Shown here piece after piece: positions 35,804-53,631 of a stretch of DNA of 64,000 nt. Origin of the DNA: the human T2T-CHM13v2.0 reference genome, Homo sapiens. The translations under genes were made by a program, and so were the position numbers. Numbering within the stretch: position 1 is the first letter of the stretch; every line of letters begins with the position of its first letter. Location of the stretch: NCBI RefSeq assembly GCF_009914755.1, contig NC_060932.1; one strand, 5' to 3'. The notes below the pieces were generated by a model. That model had not been told where the DNA came from and made no database searches. It was given only the letters and a program-made list of their open reading frames with translations.

Positions 35804-36588
35804 TGAAATGAGATAGTTCCCTTGACCCCTTCATGAGTCTTGTGAAGGGGTTGGCTTGTTTACTCAGCCCACAGGTCTCAACCCCTCATGGGAGGGGAAG
35901 CATGCAGGTGAGCAGGTGCAGAGGCTAGGATGAGTGCTTCTGGGCAACCAGCAGGAGCAGAACTCCATATGGTCCCGTGGCAGTGTCTAGGAGTTGCCCA
36001 TGGCCCCTGGAGTTACAGTATGCCCTTTTAGTTTTGCTATCCGTGGATGGCTTAAGTATTAGACAGCTCAGTGGAGGGCCACTGTGACAGCCTTTTGCAC
36101 CCACACCTGGGACCTTGTCCAGCATCCAGGAGGAGTCAGGTTGCATGAATGAATTGAAGGATGGTAAATGCAGAAGATTTTATTGCCAATGAAAGTGGCT
36201 CTCACTGGGATGGGGAGCTGGAAAGGGAATGGAGTGGGAAAGTGGTCTTCCCCTGGCGTTCAGCCGGGAATGTCCCCAGACAAACTCTTCTCTGAGGTCC
36301 TACTGTCAAGCTGTCCCTCTGAAGTCAAGCTGCTTCTCACTGACATCAAGCTGCTGCTTCTCTTCTCTCCTTTTCTGCTGCACTGCTTTGCCCCTCTGCC
36401 AGTGGAGCCTAGGGTTTATATGGGTGCAGGATGGGGAGCAGGGCAGGCCAGGGTGGTTTTGGAAAAGGCAACATTCAAAGGGGAAAACAGAAATGCACAT
36501 TCTCACTTTGGGTCACAGGTCCAGGCTTGAGGGGGAGACCTCACCAGCGACCCCACCCTTTTCTACCTAGTACCTCCTATTCATATCA
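35804..36588 (-). mobile_element. ERV1 solo LTR (MER50-like)
   Basis: Reverse complement begins tgatatgaataggaggtactaggtagaaaagggtgg...ccctcaagcctggacc...cccatataaacc, with TG...CA ends; interrupts L1 ORF2 remnant. Confidence 0.75.
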
Positions 36589-38018
36589 CACTGACTAATT
36601 TTGATACTAACCATAAAGCTACAGTAATCAAGAGTGTAATGATATTGGAGTAATAAAGACAGAGAAATAAATCAGAGGAACAGAATATAGAGTCCAGAAA
36701 TAAACTCTTACCTTTATGGTCAATTGAGTTTTAACAAAGAGGCCAAGACAATTCATTAGAAAAGGAGAGTGATTTCAACAAATGATGCTAAAACAATTAA
36801 ATATTCATGAGAAAAAAAATGATCATAAACCCTTGGCTTATATTAGACATAAAAACTACTCCAAAATAGAACATAGACCTAAATGTAAGTAAGAGCTAAA
36901 CCTATAAAACTTTAGAATAAAACATAGAAGAAAATCTTTCTGGCCTTAATTTAGGCAAAATTTTACTTGATTGGATACCAAAAGTGTGACTCATTAAATA
37001 ATATAATTGGAAATTGAACTTCATAAAAATTTTAAAAATCTGCTTTTCAAATGCCAACTTTAGAAAAATAAAGAAAACCATAGACTGAAATAAGATATTT
37101 GAAAATAACATATCTAATAAAGGACTTGTGTCCAGAATATATCAATAACTCTTACAACTCAATAATATAACAAACAATTCAATAAAAATAGATAAAATGT
37201 TTGAACAGACATTTCACTAAAAAAAACCAAAAACACATACACAGAAATTGCTCACAAGCTCATGAAAAGATACTAAACATCTTTTAGTAACTAGGGAAAA
37301 GTAAATTAAAAGCGCACACCCACTATAATGACTGCAATAAAAAAGATTGACAATACCAGGTGTTGGCATGAATGTGAAGAAACTAGAACTCTTAGCCATT
37401 GCTAGTGATGAAGTAAAATGGTACAGTCACTTTAGAAAACAGTTTGATGGGGTTTTTTAAAGTTAAATATTAATAATATTAATGTATGACCCAGTAATTC
37501 CATTCCCAGGTAACTTCTCAAGAGAAATGAAATATGTCTACACACAGTTTTGTCCACAAATATTTCTAGCAGAATTATTCATAATAGCCAAATGCTGAAA
37601 AAAAAAAAAAAACAAATGTCCATCAACTGGTGAATGCATAAACAAAATATAGTATATTTATACAACTGGATACTATTCAGCAATACAAAAGAATAACAAC
37701 TGATAGATACAACAATAAAATGAACCTCAAAAATCTGACAAATAAAGGAAACCGTACGCAAAGACTACCTATTGTATTATTCCAATTCTAAAATTCTAAA
37801 TAATAAAAAAGGCAAAACCACAGTAACAGAAAGCAGATCAGTGGCTATCTGAAATGGGATGGGAGTGAGAATTGACTGCAAACAGGCATGAGGGATTTTG
37901 GAGTGATAGAATATTCTCAAATCGGATTATGACACTGGTTGTGCCACTGAATAAATTTGCTCAAAATCATTGAACCATATGCTTAAAACAAGTGGATATT
38001 ATGGCTTTAAATTATGCA

Positions 38019-38534
38019 TCAATAAGGCTGTTTTAGAAACCAATAGATATTTATCAAAGAAAATAAAAACAAAAAGTATGGGAGGGTGGAGCCAAGATGG
38101 CTGAATAGGAACAGCTTCAGTCTACAGCTCCCAGCATGAGCGACACAGAAGATGGATGATTTCTGCATTTCCAACTGAGGTATCGGGTTCATCTCACTAG
38201 GGAGTGCCAGACAGTGGGTGCAGGACAGTGGGCGCAGCGCACCAAGCATGAGCCGAAGCAGGGTGAGGCATCGCCTCACCTGGGAAGCACAAGGGGTCAG
38301 GGAATTCCCTTTCCTAGTCAAAGAAAGGGGTGACAGATGGCACCTGGAAAATCGGGTCACTCCCACCCTAATACTGTGTTTTTCCAATGGGCTTATCAAA
38401 CGGCACACCAGGAAATTATATCCCTCACATGGCTTGGAGGTTCCTACGCCCACAGAGCCTTGCTCATTGCTAGCACAGCAGTCTGAAATCAAACTGCAAG
38501 GCGGCAGCGAGGCTGGGGGAGGGGCACCCGCCAT
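38019..38534 (-). CDS. L1 ORF0 (antisense), extended to 171 codons
   Basis: ATG at 38534; MAGAPPPASLPPCSLISDCCASN matches the ORF0 N-terminus; open past the L1 5' boundary. Translation not shown. Confidence 0.55.
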   Translation of the reverse strand: MAGAPPPASLPPCSLISDCCASNEQGSVGVGTSKPCEGYNFLVCRLISPLEKHSIRVGVTRFSRCHLSPLSLTRKGNSLTPCASQVRRCLTLLRLMLGALRPLSCTHCLALPSEMNPIPQLEMQKSSIFCVAHAGSCRLKLFLFSHLGSTLPYFLFLFSLINIYWFLKQPY

Positions 38535-39103
38535 TGCTCAGGCTTGAGTAGGTAAACAAAGTGGCCTGGAAGCTTGAACTGGGTGAGCCCACCACAGCTC
38601 AAGGAGGCCTGCCTCTGTAGGCTCCACCTCTGGGACAGGGCACAGACAAACAAAAGACAGCAATAACCTCTGCAGACTTAAATGTCCCTGTCTGACTGCT
38701 TTGAAGAGAGTAGTGGTTCTCTCAGCACGCAGCTTGAGATCTGAGAACGGGCAGCCTGCCTCCTCAAGTGGGTCCCTGAATCCGGAGTAGCCTAACTGGA
38801 AGGCACCCCCCAGTAGGGGTGGACTGACACCTCACAAAGCCAGGTACTCCTGTGAGACAAAACTTCCAGAGGAACGATCAGGCAGCAGCATTTGCAATTC
38901 ACCAATATCTACTGTTCTGCAGCCTTCGCTGCTGATACCCAGGCAAACAGGGTCTGGAGTGGACCTCCAGTAAACTCCAACAGACCTGCAGCTGAGGGTC
39001 CTGACTGTTAGAAGGAAAACTAACAAACAGAAAGGACATCCACACCAAAAACCCAACTGTACATCACTATCATAAAAGACCAAAGGTAGATAAAACCACA
39101 AAG

Positions 39104-40120
39104 ATGGGGGAAAAAACAGAGCAGAAAAACCAGAAACTCTAAAAATCAGAGTGCCTCTCCTTCTCCAAAGGAACACAGCTCCTCACCAGCAACGGAACAA
39201 AGCTGGACAGAGAATGATTTTGATGAGTTGAGAGAGGAAGGCTTCAGAACATCAAACTACTCTGAGCTAAAGGAGGAAGTTTGAACAAATGGCAAATAAG
39301 TTAAAAACTTTGAAAAAAATTAGACGAATGGATAACTAGAATAACCAATGCAGAGAAGTCCTTCAAGGACCTGATGGAGCTGAAAACCAAGGCACGAGAA
39401 CTATGTGACGAATGCGCAAGCCTCAGTAACTGATGCGATCAACTGAAAGAAAGGGTATCAGTGATGGAAGATGAAATGAATGATATGAAGCATGAAGAGA
39501 AGTTTAGAGAAAAAAGAATACAAAGAAACAAACAAAGCCTCCAAGAAATATGGGACTATGTCAAAAGACCTAATCTACATCTACTTGGTGTACCTGAAAG
39601 TGACGGGGAGAATGGAACCAAGTTGGAAAACACTCTGCAGGATATTATCCAGGAGAACTTCCCCAATCTAGCAAGGCAGGCCAACATTCAAATTCAGAAA
39701 ATACAGAGAATGTCACAAAGATACTCCTCGAGAAGAGCAACTCCAAGACACATAATTGTCAGATTCACCAAAGTTGAAATGAAGGAAAAAATGTTAAGGG
39801 CAGCCAGAGAGAAAGGTCGGGTTACCCACAAAGGGAAGCCCATCAGACTAACAGCTGATAGCTTGGCAGAAACTCTACAAACCAGAAGAGAGTGGGGGCC
39901 AATATTCAACATTCTTAAAGAAAAGAATTTTCAACCCAGAATTTCATATCCAGCCAAACTAAGCTTCATAAGTGAAGGAGAAATAAAATACTTTACAGAC
40001 AAGCAAATGCTGAGAGATTTTGTCACCACCAGGCCTGCCCTAAAAGAGCTCCTGAAGGAAGCATTAAACATGGAAAGGAACAACCGGTACCAGCCACTGC
40101 AAAAATATGCCAAATTGTAA
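39104..40120 (+). pseudogene. L1 ORF1 remnant (N-terminal stops; C-terminal 219 codons open)
   Basis: IIQENFPNLARQ, RRATPRHIIVRF and YPAKLSF motifs. Confidence 0.93.
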
Positions 40121-40168
40121 AGAACATCAAGGCTAGGAAGAAACTGCATCAACTAACGAGCAAAATAA

Positions 40169-43910
<3,742 letters not shown>

Positions 43911-44499
43911 TGTCCTTTGTAGGGACATGGATGAAGCTGGAAACCATCATTCTCAGCAAACTATTGCAAGGACTAAAAACCAAACACTGCATGTTCTCAC
44001 TCATAGGTGGGAATTGAACAATGAGAACACATGGACACAGGAAGGGGAACATCTCACACCGGGGACTGTTATGGAGTCGGGGGAGGGGGAAGGGATAGCA
44101 TTAGGTGATATACCTAATGCTAAATGACAAGTTAATGAGTGCAGCACACCAACATGGCACATGTATACATATGTAACAAACCTGCACATTGTGCACATGT
44201 ACCCTAAAACTTAAAGTATAATTAAAAAAATATATATGGATAAGCACATTTCTTTACCATCTTACTATCCATATAATCAGTTGCCACTTTGGTTTAACTC
44301 TTTCCATGTAATATATGATGTATCAGAATGAGTTGAATCAATCCACTATGATTGGAGTTTTAGGTTGTTTCTGGTCTTTTATCAGTAAGTGATTCTAAAA
44401 TAAACATCCTTATACATTTATTTTTTGTTTGGATATCTGATTAATACCTCAGGATAAATTCTCAAGATTGGGCTAAGTTATTTGATTAAAAAATTTATT

Positions 44500-45130
44500 A
44501 GTTTTTGATTTTGCAAAACAAATTACCACAGACTCAGCAGCTTAAAACAACACATGTTTGTGACCTCACAGTTTCTGTGGGTCAGGGACCTAGTCAGGGC
44601 TTGGCTGGGTTTTCCACTCTGTGTCTCACAAGGCTGCATTCAAGGTGTCAGCCAGGGCTGCAATCTCATCTGGGCACAGGGTCCTTCCCAAGCTCCCTGT
44701 GGCTGGCAGAATGCAGGTCCCTGTGGGTACAGAACTGTCAGCTCCTAGAGCTCAGTCACCATTCTCTGCCTTGTAGCCATCTCCACAATAGGAAAATATG
44801 TGTCTCCAAGGCCAACAGGACAGCATCTGTTCCTGCTTGGTGTCACTTGCCTCCAGACTCTTTTTTAAAGAGCTCATTTGGTTAGACCAGCCCCACTGAG
44901 GATAATCTTCCTTTTGGTTAACTCAAAGTCAACTGATTAGGCACCTTCATTACATTTGCAAAATCTCTTAACCTTTGCCATATTCTGTAACACAAGCACA
45001 GGAGTGCTATCCCTTCATATCCACAGTCTCTCCCTCACTCAAGGGGAGTGGATTGCACATGTGTGTTTACTGAGTTGGGAGTTGGCGAGGGTTGGGACTG
45101 GGGGCCATCTTAGAAATCTCCCTCCCACAA
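44500..45130 (-). mobile_element. MLT1 (MaLR) LTR
   Basis: caaattaccacagactcagcagcttaaaacaacac...ctcacagtttctgtgggtcagg...ggccatcttagaaatctc. Confidence 0.8.
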
Positions 45131-47847
45131 AGAATTTGCAAATTTATTAAGATTTATGATTTAAATTGCCAGATTTTCTGAAGAACGTTTATACTCCACC
45201 GGTAAAGTGCTAATTTCCCCAACACTGGGTATTATCATTATGCTTAATCTTTGCCAAAGACAGGCAAATGTTGTTGGCTTGGAACCACTGGGCAAAGATT
45301 GTGACAGTGAGAGAACAAGTATTGAATTCTTTGATTAATAGTAAGATTATTATGGCCTTTGGCAAGTTTTGCTTTTCTTTTGCAAATGACCAGTCCATTT
45401 ATGTGGTTGTTTTCCTCTAAGGGTAATTATCTGTTACTTGTTTTTTAATAACCTCATGTTGAATATTCAGAATATTAACTATTTATGGTTTCTATAGTAT
45501 TTTCTTTCAGTGTCTTAAAAATTGGGTTACAGAGACTTATGCCATGTAAAAATTTTTAACTTTCATAATCAGATCTATTAACATTTATGGTTTCTTTTTT
45601 ATGCTTTAACATATTTTTGCACTGTTTATTTCTAAAAAGAGAGAACCATATAAATCAAATAGGATTTCCAGTTTCCATCACAGAAGACAGGAACTATAGA
45701 GTGGGAAATCTTGTACAAAGATGTTTCTCATAATGCATTGCCCATCCATCTTCTGATTGTTATGTAAACCAATTCTTAACCTAAGGTATCCAGCCAGAGA
45801 GATGAATGTATCATTCCTCTAAATGACTTGGTCGTAGGAAATATACCACATCATTCTGTTAGCTTTCAGGACGCAGCGTGTCAACTTCAATTATTTTTTT
45901 CATTTCTTGTCTTGGACTGTCAGTTTACAGCTCTGAGTATTTGAAAACAGACAGAAGTATGAAGCCAACTTTTTCTAGAGTATTTAGTTTTAATCTTGAG
46001 TTTTATCCCCATCTCTGAGCACTATTTCCATGTTATATCTAATTTTTTTTCTTAATATGGGACCTAAAACATGTCTTATTTAAAAAAAATACATTGGATA
46101 ATCAAGAAAGTATGCCTTTTAGGCAAGATCTCTTCTCCCTGCTGTATTAAAAAATAATGATGAAATATTTCTGTGACAGAAACAAAATCACTTTATATCT
46201 ATTAAAAAGTTGGTTCAAATCTCTCCTTTTTTATAGATGAATGAATCATAATATAAGGATATAAGTTTCTTAAACCTTCCTTGAAGTCTCAGGCATTAAA
46301 TGTCCTCATCTATAAAACGAAAAAGTGAAACAAGCTGATCTCTAAGGTCCAGTGAAATCTAACACTCTGATTCGTCTTGATGTTTGACTTGAGGTTTTCT
46401 GCTTATATTCTTTCTTTGCCCTTTTCAAATTCCCAGTCTAAAATCTTGCCTTCAAGGTTTTTCCTCTTTTCATTTTCAGATTCTGACTATGCATTCTTGT
46501 AAAACATTCCATTGTCACTTCCAAGTCAAATATTCAAAACCAAACTCTTGCTATCCCTCTCGAACTACTTGGTTTCCATATTTATTGGATTTGTACCACA
46601 GTCCTTGGTATGCAGGCATGAAAAAAGGAATAATTTTTCATCATCCTTCCCTCGCCCCATAGCTAATCAGTATCTAAGGACAGAATATTTCTCAACTGCA
46701 ACATCTGTCTCCCTGCCTTTTTCCAATTCCTCCAAACACATTAGTTCTGAGCTGCAGTGTGTCCCTCCAGGACTCAATGTTGAAAATTCTTTATCTTCTT
46801 CAACTTTCCTGATACGATAACTCCACAACACTGTAGCCAGGTTGACATTCCTATGGTTCCCTATTTTTTGTTAGATTAAGAACAATGGCAATGAAACCCC
46901 TCTACAATATGTCTCAGTCTGGCTTTTCACACTTCTTTTTGTCTTCCCCATGCTTATGCCCAGTGTCTTAGCCTCCCAAGATCCTTGCTATTAATATTTC
47001 CTGATTACACACTATATTTTGCCATTTCCTGCCTTTTAGGGTTGATTTTGAATTTCTATTTTCAGTGTTTAAAGTTTCTGTAAATGTTGGGATATTGACT
47101 TTAGCTAAAACAAACAAAAAATAACAAGTAATCACTTTAAATCTGTATCCTACTTCCAAGAAACAATATTTTCATTGGTGCCAAAATAATATATTCCATG
47201 TTAGCATAATATAGCAGAACTTAAAAAAAATTAAAAATCTATGTAGAAGACAATGAGGATAGAGTGTGTTAGAGCTGTATGGAATCTTGGGAGGCTCTAT
47301 TCCAATCTCCAACTTCTAAGGATCAGGGAAGCCAGTAGCCTGACTATAAGCTATGAGCTAACTAGGAACAAATCTTGTACTAAAGATTTGAATGGTTTTC
47401 TATTGCTCAGGAAACTACCGAACTCTGCCCTTTAACAGGACCTGGTCAATCATTCACTCAACAAACAGGTTTTAAGTGCCTGCAATGTATCATGTACTGG
47501 GTCCTAAGAGGTGAAATATTTAAAATGGCCCCGCTTTCTAGGAATGCAGTCTTGGAGAAGGAATTACACATGGACAAATAAGTGCAATAAGAAGTGCCAT
47601 GATAGAAATGGTGCATTGTAGACACAAAGGAGGAGGTACTCAGCTCTATCTGATGTAATGGGGGAAAGTAAAGGTTTTCATAGATAAAGTAACCCTATCG
47701 GCTTAATATAAAAAGATAAGTAATGTTCACAAGGGTGGACTAGCAAGGAACCATTATTACCGAAGGCACAGAAGCATGCGTCAGATAATAATATTGGGGG
47801 GAAATGCAAACAATTTAGAATTCTAGAAGTTAAGGTACAAGACGAGG

Positions 47848-48201
47848 TGATATGGTTTTTGGCTGTGTCCCCACCCAAATCTCATCTTTAATTGTAGCTC
47901 TCATAATTCCCTCATGTTGTGGGAGGGACCCAATGGGAGATAAATGAATCATGGGAGCAATTTCCCCCATACTGTTCTCATGGTAGTGAATAAGTCTCAC
48001 AAGATCTGATGGTTTTATAAGTGGAAACCCCTTTCACTTGGCTCTCATTCTCTTCTCTTGTCTGCCGCCACGTGAGACATGTCACCATGATTGTGAGGCC
48101 TCCCCACTCATGTGGAAGTGGGAGTCCATTAAACCTCTTTCTTCTTACGTTGCCAAGTCTCAGGTATGTCTTTATCAGCAGTGTGAAAACAGACTAATAC
48201 A
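47848..48201 (+). mobile_element. THE1 (MaLR) solo LTR
   Basis: tgatatggtttttggctgtgtccccacccaaatctcatc...gtgaaaacagactaataca. Confidence 0.93.
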
Positions 48202-48329
48202 CAAGATATATCAAAATCAAATTTTTTAAAGCAAGGCAAGCCCCCAGTTGTGAAGGGACTTACATGTCTTACAAAGAAGTTTGGAACAATAACTATCATT
48301 ATCATTATTATTAGTGAGTATGTGTCAGC

Positions 48330-48510
48330 TTCTCATTATAATTTATGGATCCTTCCTACTGATCACTTTCTATGATCACTATAATAAGTAATTTACTTTG
48401 ACAGACAAGGAAACTGAGGATCAATGATTAACTCACCTAAAGCAACATGGCTATTAAATACTTCAGCCAAGATTCAAACTCAGGTCCACCTGATTTCAAA
48501 GCTAGACATG
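48330..48510 (-). mobile_element. MIR
   Basis: actttgacagacaaggaaactgagg...aagattcaaactcaggtc. Confidence 0.75.
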
Positions 48511-48624
48511 AATCACACTATAATCCTCACCTTGAGTCTGTAGACAATGTGGCACCATCAGGACATTTTAAATAAAGAAGAAATGTGAATAGACTTTTGT
48601 CCTGGAAAGGTCTGGCAACAATAT

Positions 48625-48815
48625 AGAGTTGCACCATCCAGTACAGTAGCCACTAGCCACATTGAAAATTAAATAACTATTTAATAATTGAGAATTCAGT
48701 CCTTGAGGGCAGCAGCCACATTTAAAGTGTTCAGTACCTACGTGTCTGGTGGCAGCTGTGTTGGACAGTACATGTGAACAGTTCCATCCTCACAGAAAGT
48801 TCTATCAGGCAGTAC
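48625..48815. mobile_element. MER3/MER33-like hAT DNA transposon
   Basis: tccagtacagtagccactagccacat...tccatcctcacagaaagttctat. Confidence 0.75.
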
Positions 48816-48936
48816 AGGTAGACAGGAAAAGTAAAGAGTTTTGTGAGGTGGGGTGAGGAAAGTAAAGAGACTATTACCTAGGACAAGTAGGAAAGGATTA
48901 GAGACAAAATAAAGCACTAAGAGCAATGAGTTAAGC

Positions 48937-49120
48937 CTGTGTTTCCCAAAGTGTGACTGCCCACCCTTTTCCCCTCAACCAGCAGCATCAGCACGGTGTG
49001 GAAATTTGTTAGAAGTGCGCATCCATGCAGAATCTGAAACTCGGAGTTGGGGCCCGGCCATCTGTGTTGTACCAAGCCCTCCCAGGGATTCTGGTGTTCA
49101 CTAACATGTGAAGGCCATGG
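48937..49120. mobile_element. MER5A hAT DNA transposon
   Basis: gtttcccaaagtgtg...agcagcatcagca...gaatctgaaactcggagttggggcccggccatctgtgtt. Confidence 0.8.
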
Positions 49121-49195
49121 ATTTAGAGGAAGGAACAGAGCTGTAAAGCATGGTACAGAAATATAGACAATTTGGAGGCCAGATGCAAATGTGGA

Positions 49196-49587
49196 TGATA
49201 TGGTTTGAATGTTTGTCCTCTCCAAATCTCATGCTGAAATGTGATGCCCAGTGTTGGAGGTGGGGCCTGGTGGGAGGTGATTGGATCATGGGGCAGATCC
49301 CTCATGAATGGTTAACACCATCCCCTTGGTGATGAGTAAGTTCTTGCTCAGTGAGTTCTGGGACCTTCCCCACCCCCTCTTGCTCCTGCTCTTGCAATGT
49401 GATGTGCCAGCTCTCCCTTTGCCTTCTGCCATGACTGGAAACTTCCTGAGGCCTCCCCAGAAGCAGATGCTGGCACCACACTTCCTGTACAGCCTGCAGA
49501 ACTGTGAGACAATTAAACCTCTTTTCTTTATAAATTACCCAACTTTAGGTATTTCTTGATAGCAATGAGAGAACAGACACAAACACA
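49196..49587 (+). mobile_element. MST (MaLR) solo LTR
   Basis: tgatatggtttgaatgtttgtcctctccaaatctcatgctgaaatg; flanks gtgga/gtggt. Confidence 0.9.
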
Positions 49588-51371
49588 GTGGTGCATACAG
49601 GAGAATAAATCTAGGATAACTCCTGGTGGGTTGATGAATAAAAGAGAGATGTTCAGAGGGAAATGATAATGAATTTGAGTTTGAATTCCTAAGGGACATT
49701 CGAGTATCATGATCCTGTTCAGTGTCAGCCTGGAAATCAGGAGAAAGTTCTGGGATAAAGATACAGTTTTAGGGTCACTGGGATTAGATGGTAGATTAGC
49801 TAGGAATGGAGGGGATAGGTAGCTCTCAATTTTTTTCCTGCATAAATGATAATCATCTGTGTGTCTGTAAAGGATGAAGGGTATATCTGGACTTAGATAC
49901 AATTCTCCACATGCTAGTTCCTTTTCTCTCTGATTCAAGGAGTCATTTCAAAATGCAAATTCAGTCAGATAGATGTGAATATGTTCTATTTTTAAAAATA
50001 AGTGATGAACATGCATTGTTATGCTGACTATTATTAGTATGTATAACTTGTCAAACAAGATACCCAGAATCCTAAAGTGTACAGAGGGAAACGAGACCAG
50101 GTCTAAGGGCTGACCCCAGTTCAGTGAGTGTTGGAGTGTGGCTGCAGCAGAGGAACCAGCAACAAGGGGGAGAAAAATGGTCAGAGAGAGGGATGGGGTC
50201 CTGCAACTCCAGAGAGGAGCACTTCGTAGACAAGGTGATGCGCACTGTCATATTCCAGAGAGATTTGTAAGATGAAACCTCGGATTTCGCTATTCTGAGG
50301 TCACCACTGAACTTTATTCAAAGTCATTTCTATTATTAGGGATAAATTGGCTGATCACCTCAAGAAGATTGGAGTATTCTGAAGAATAATGGGGGGTGAG
50401 GAAACGGAGGCACCACAGGTAGATTTATGCTTTGCACTATTACTTGGTTACAGAAGCGTTGCCTTATGTTCTCGGCATCTTACAGAGATTTTAGTGAAAC
50501 AGGTCTTCTAATTTTTATACTTTCCCTACCCAGGGCCTCAGCATAAGTATGGCATAAAGGGGCTAGCATACTATGAATACGATTACCCCACCCACTAATA
50601 TTGATCCATTGGTCCTGGACAATGAGCTCACCTTAGTCCTCCATTCACCCAATTGGATTGATTCCCTTCTAGAATCCACTCTCTCCTCCAGTCTTCCTTG
50701 GCCTGCCTCATACACTTTAGTGACCTCTCCAAATCCTTAGAGTAAATATAGCTTCAGCTTTAAAGCTGGGACCTTCTCTGCAAAAAATACCTTCTGTATA
50801 GTTCCTTATAATTGACCTGGCCTAAATTAATCATCACACCCATCCTGTGAAGGAAGTAGGAAAGTGTTATTGTTCTTGTTTAGTGGGTGAAAATTGAGGT
50901 TCTGTGATAGCCAATATCTTCTCCCCTCCTAAGTCACAAAGCAACAACCCTATCTTATTTATGTTACTAATTTATTCATTCCACATTTTTCCATGAAGGA
51001 TTTCAGGTACAGGGCATCTGAAAAATAATAAGTAGAATGTCAAGATAACTTGATAAAGTAACATAGATATCCAGCTGCTAAATCTCCACATAATTGGTAT
51101 AGCTGAGCTTTAAATTTTGTTCTAAGGTTTTTGGCAGCCAAACAGAAAGGCAGACACTGTCAATTATGCAGTTCCTATTTTCAAAAAGGAATAAGTGTGC
51201 CAGTTTCTCAGAGGCACCAAAGTACATCCTTGTCTTAGTTCTAAAAGAAACTTCAGATCCATGTCTTTGCATATGGACCATTTCTATAAACAAGTGTAGT
51301 GAAACACATCTTATATTGGCTATAATGGTTTACTTTGGTAAAATTTCACTTAAACCCAAAGTTACAACAGA

Positions 51372-51795
51372 TTCTCTTTCCTTCCTTCCTTCCTTCTTTC
51401 CTCCCTTCTTTCCTTCTTTTCTTTTCTTTTTCTTCCTTCCTGTCTGTCTCCCCACCCCACCTTCCTCCCTCCTTCCCTCCCTCCCTCTCTCTGTCTTTCC
51501 TTCTTTCTTTCAATGAGATATTGTTCTGTCATCCAGGCTAGAGTGCAGTGGCACGATCATAGCTCATTGCAACCTCCAACACCTGGGCTCCAGTGATCTC
51601 CTGCCTCAGGCTCTCCAGTAGCTAGGACTATAGGAGCACATCACCACACCCAACTGATTTTATTTAATTTTATTTTTATAGAGACGTGGTCTCGCTATGT
51701 TACCCAGGCTGGTCTTGAACTCCTGGCTCAAGGGATCTTCCCACCTCTGTCTCTCAACACACTGGGATTACAGGCATCAGCCACCATTCCTAGCC
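51372..51795 (-). mobile_element. AluJ with tail-derived CT-rich low-complexity tract
   Basis: (CTTC/CTTT)n at 51372-51511 followed by reverse Alu; flanks aacagattc/aacagactt. Confidence 0.9.
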
Positions 51796-52969
51796 TAAAA
51801 CAGACTTATCAACACAAGCACACTTACTAACTTACTGATCACTGATGGACAGTTACCACAAAGACATAAAACTTTACATATTGGGCTGAATTGAATTTTT
51901 ATAGTTGTGACTAAATTCTTTGCACCAATTAGCACATATTCCTGGAGTATGCTCTCTCTATAGAGAGTTAAAAATCAGGTAGCCTTTCTAACTCTCTACA
52001 TATTTGTATACACACTGTGCACACACATATACACACAAAGTCTACCATCTTAAAAGAAAAAAGTATAAAGATTTTTCTAGAAAAATCTGTTTCTGAGTTT
52101 TCAGGAAATACTCATTGGCTTCAGTGAAATGTCATCTAGTATTTTAAGATACTCCTGGAACAAATAGATACTCAGATGATTAGAATATAGACAAAAATTG
52201 GGGGCATTTAAGTTATTATTGGAGCAGATGCTGAGTATCCATCTCCCCTGACTCTCAGGCACTGATGATCACTAACATTTTTAATTAATCACAAATCCCT
52301 ATGGATGCTAATGAGGCTCTGCCAAAATGGTCCTTTCCCTCACACAGAGTGCTGGAGGAACCATGCACCCAATGCTTTATTCCCGTATCTCATTAGGTAA
52401 TCTATATCTGGACACCCAGGCACCACATTATCAGAGTGTTCTTCTAAAACTGAATGTTTGTATGCAGAAAACCAGTCTGTTAAAATGCATTAATGAACAC
52501 CTGCTGGCCTTAGAGTCCCGAGCAAGGAACTGTTCCAGAATATTAAAGAAACAAAGTCATTCGCTCTGTCTTCAAGGAGTTTAAATCCTGTTGGAGAGAC
52601 AAAATATACTGACATGTTATACAACTAAAAACAATAACCTAAGAACTTATAAATACATGCAAAATAATACAATAAATAGTCAGTGATACTAAATAGTACA
52701 CGGATACCAAGGCAGTAGGTAAGGGAAATGACTGCTGATAAAATGGAGAGTAAAGTGGTGACCTCTGCCCCCATCAGTTCATACAAAAGTAATGTGAAAT
52801 GGCACCCAGATGCAGAGAGCAATGTTAGGTAGAATAATAGCCGCACTATATGTGATGGCCCAGGGTTGTGGGCAGGTGAGCCAAATTACACAACATACAG
52901 GGGAATTCCATGCCTGAAAATGTGGATTGTCTTATTTCAGACCAGCGATTCATAAATGTTTTTTGCTTA

Positions 52970-53162
52970 TTTTGTTGTTGTTGTTGTTGTTGTTGTTGTT
53001 AGGCTATTTGGGGTGATGGGGGAAGGTCTTGCTCTGTCATCCAGGCTGGAGAGCAATGGTGTGATCAGATCTCACTGCAGCCTCAATCTCCCAAGCTCAA
53101 GCAATCCTCCTACCTCAGCCTACTGAATAGCTGGCACTATAGGTGTGCACCACCATGCTCAC

Positions 53163-53205
<43 letters not shown>

Positions 53206-53631
53206 TTTGAGATGGAGTCTCACTCTGTTATCTAGGCTGGAGTGCAGTGGCATGATCTTGGCTCACTGCAACCTCCACCTCCCACGTTCAAACAGTTCTC
53301 TACCTCAGCCTCCCAAGTAGCTGGGATTATAGGCGCACACCACCACGCCCAGCTAATTTTTGTATTTTTAGTAGAGACAGGATTTCACTTTCTTGGCCAG
53401 GCTGATCTTGAACTCCTGACCTTGTGATCCACCCTCCTCAGCCTCCCAAAGTGCTGGGATTACAGGCATGAGCCACCACACCCAGCCTCACACTCGCTAT
53501 TTTTCTAATTTTCTGTAGACACAGGGTTTTGCCAATTGCTTGGGCTGGTCTTGAACTCCTTGGCTCAAGTGATCCATTCACTTCAGCCTTCCAAAGTGCT
53601 GGGATTACAGGTGTTAGCCACCGCACCTGGC
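52970..53631 (-). mobile_element. AluJ with an AluS nested in its middle linker (53163-53488)
   Basis: (TTG)n tail, right arm, (TTTA)n plus a complete second Alu, then left arm. Confidence 0.9.

Larger units (their letters stand above)
47450..50420 (-). mobile_element. Fragmented L2 hosting THE1, MIR, MER3, MER5A and MST insertions
   Basis: cattcactcaacaaacaggttttaagtgcctgcaatgta (L2 3' end, reverse) and further purine-rich L2-like pieces. Confidence 0.55.
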
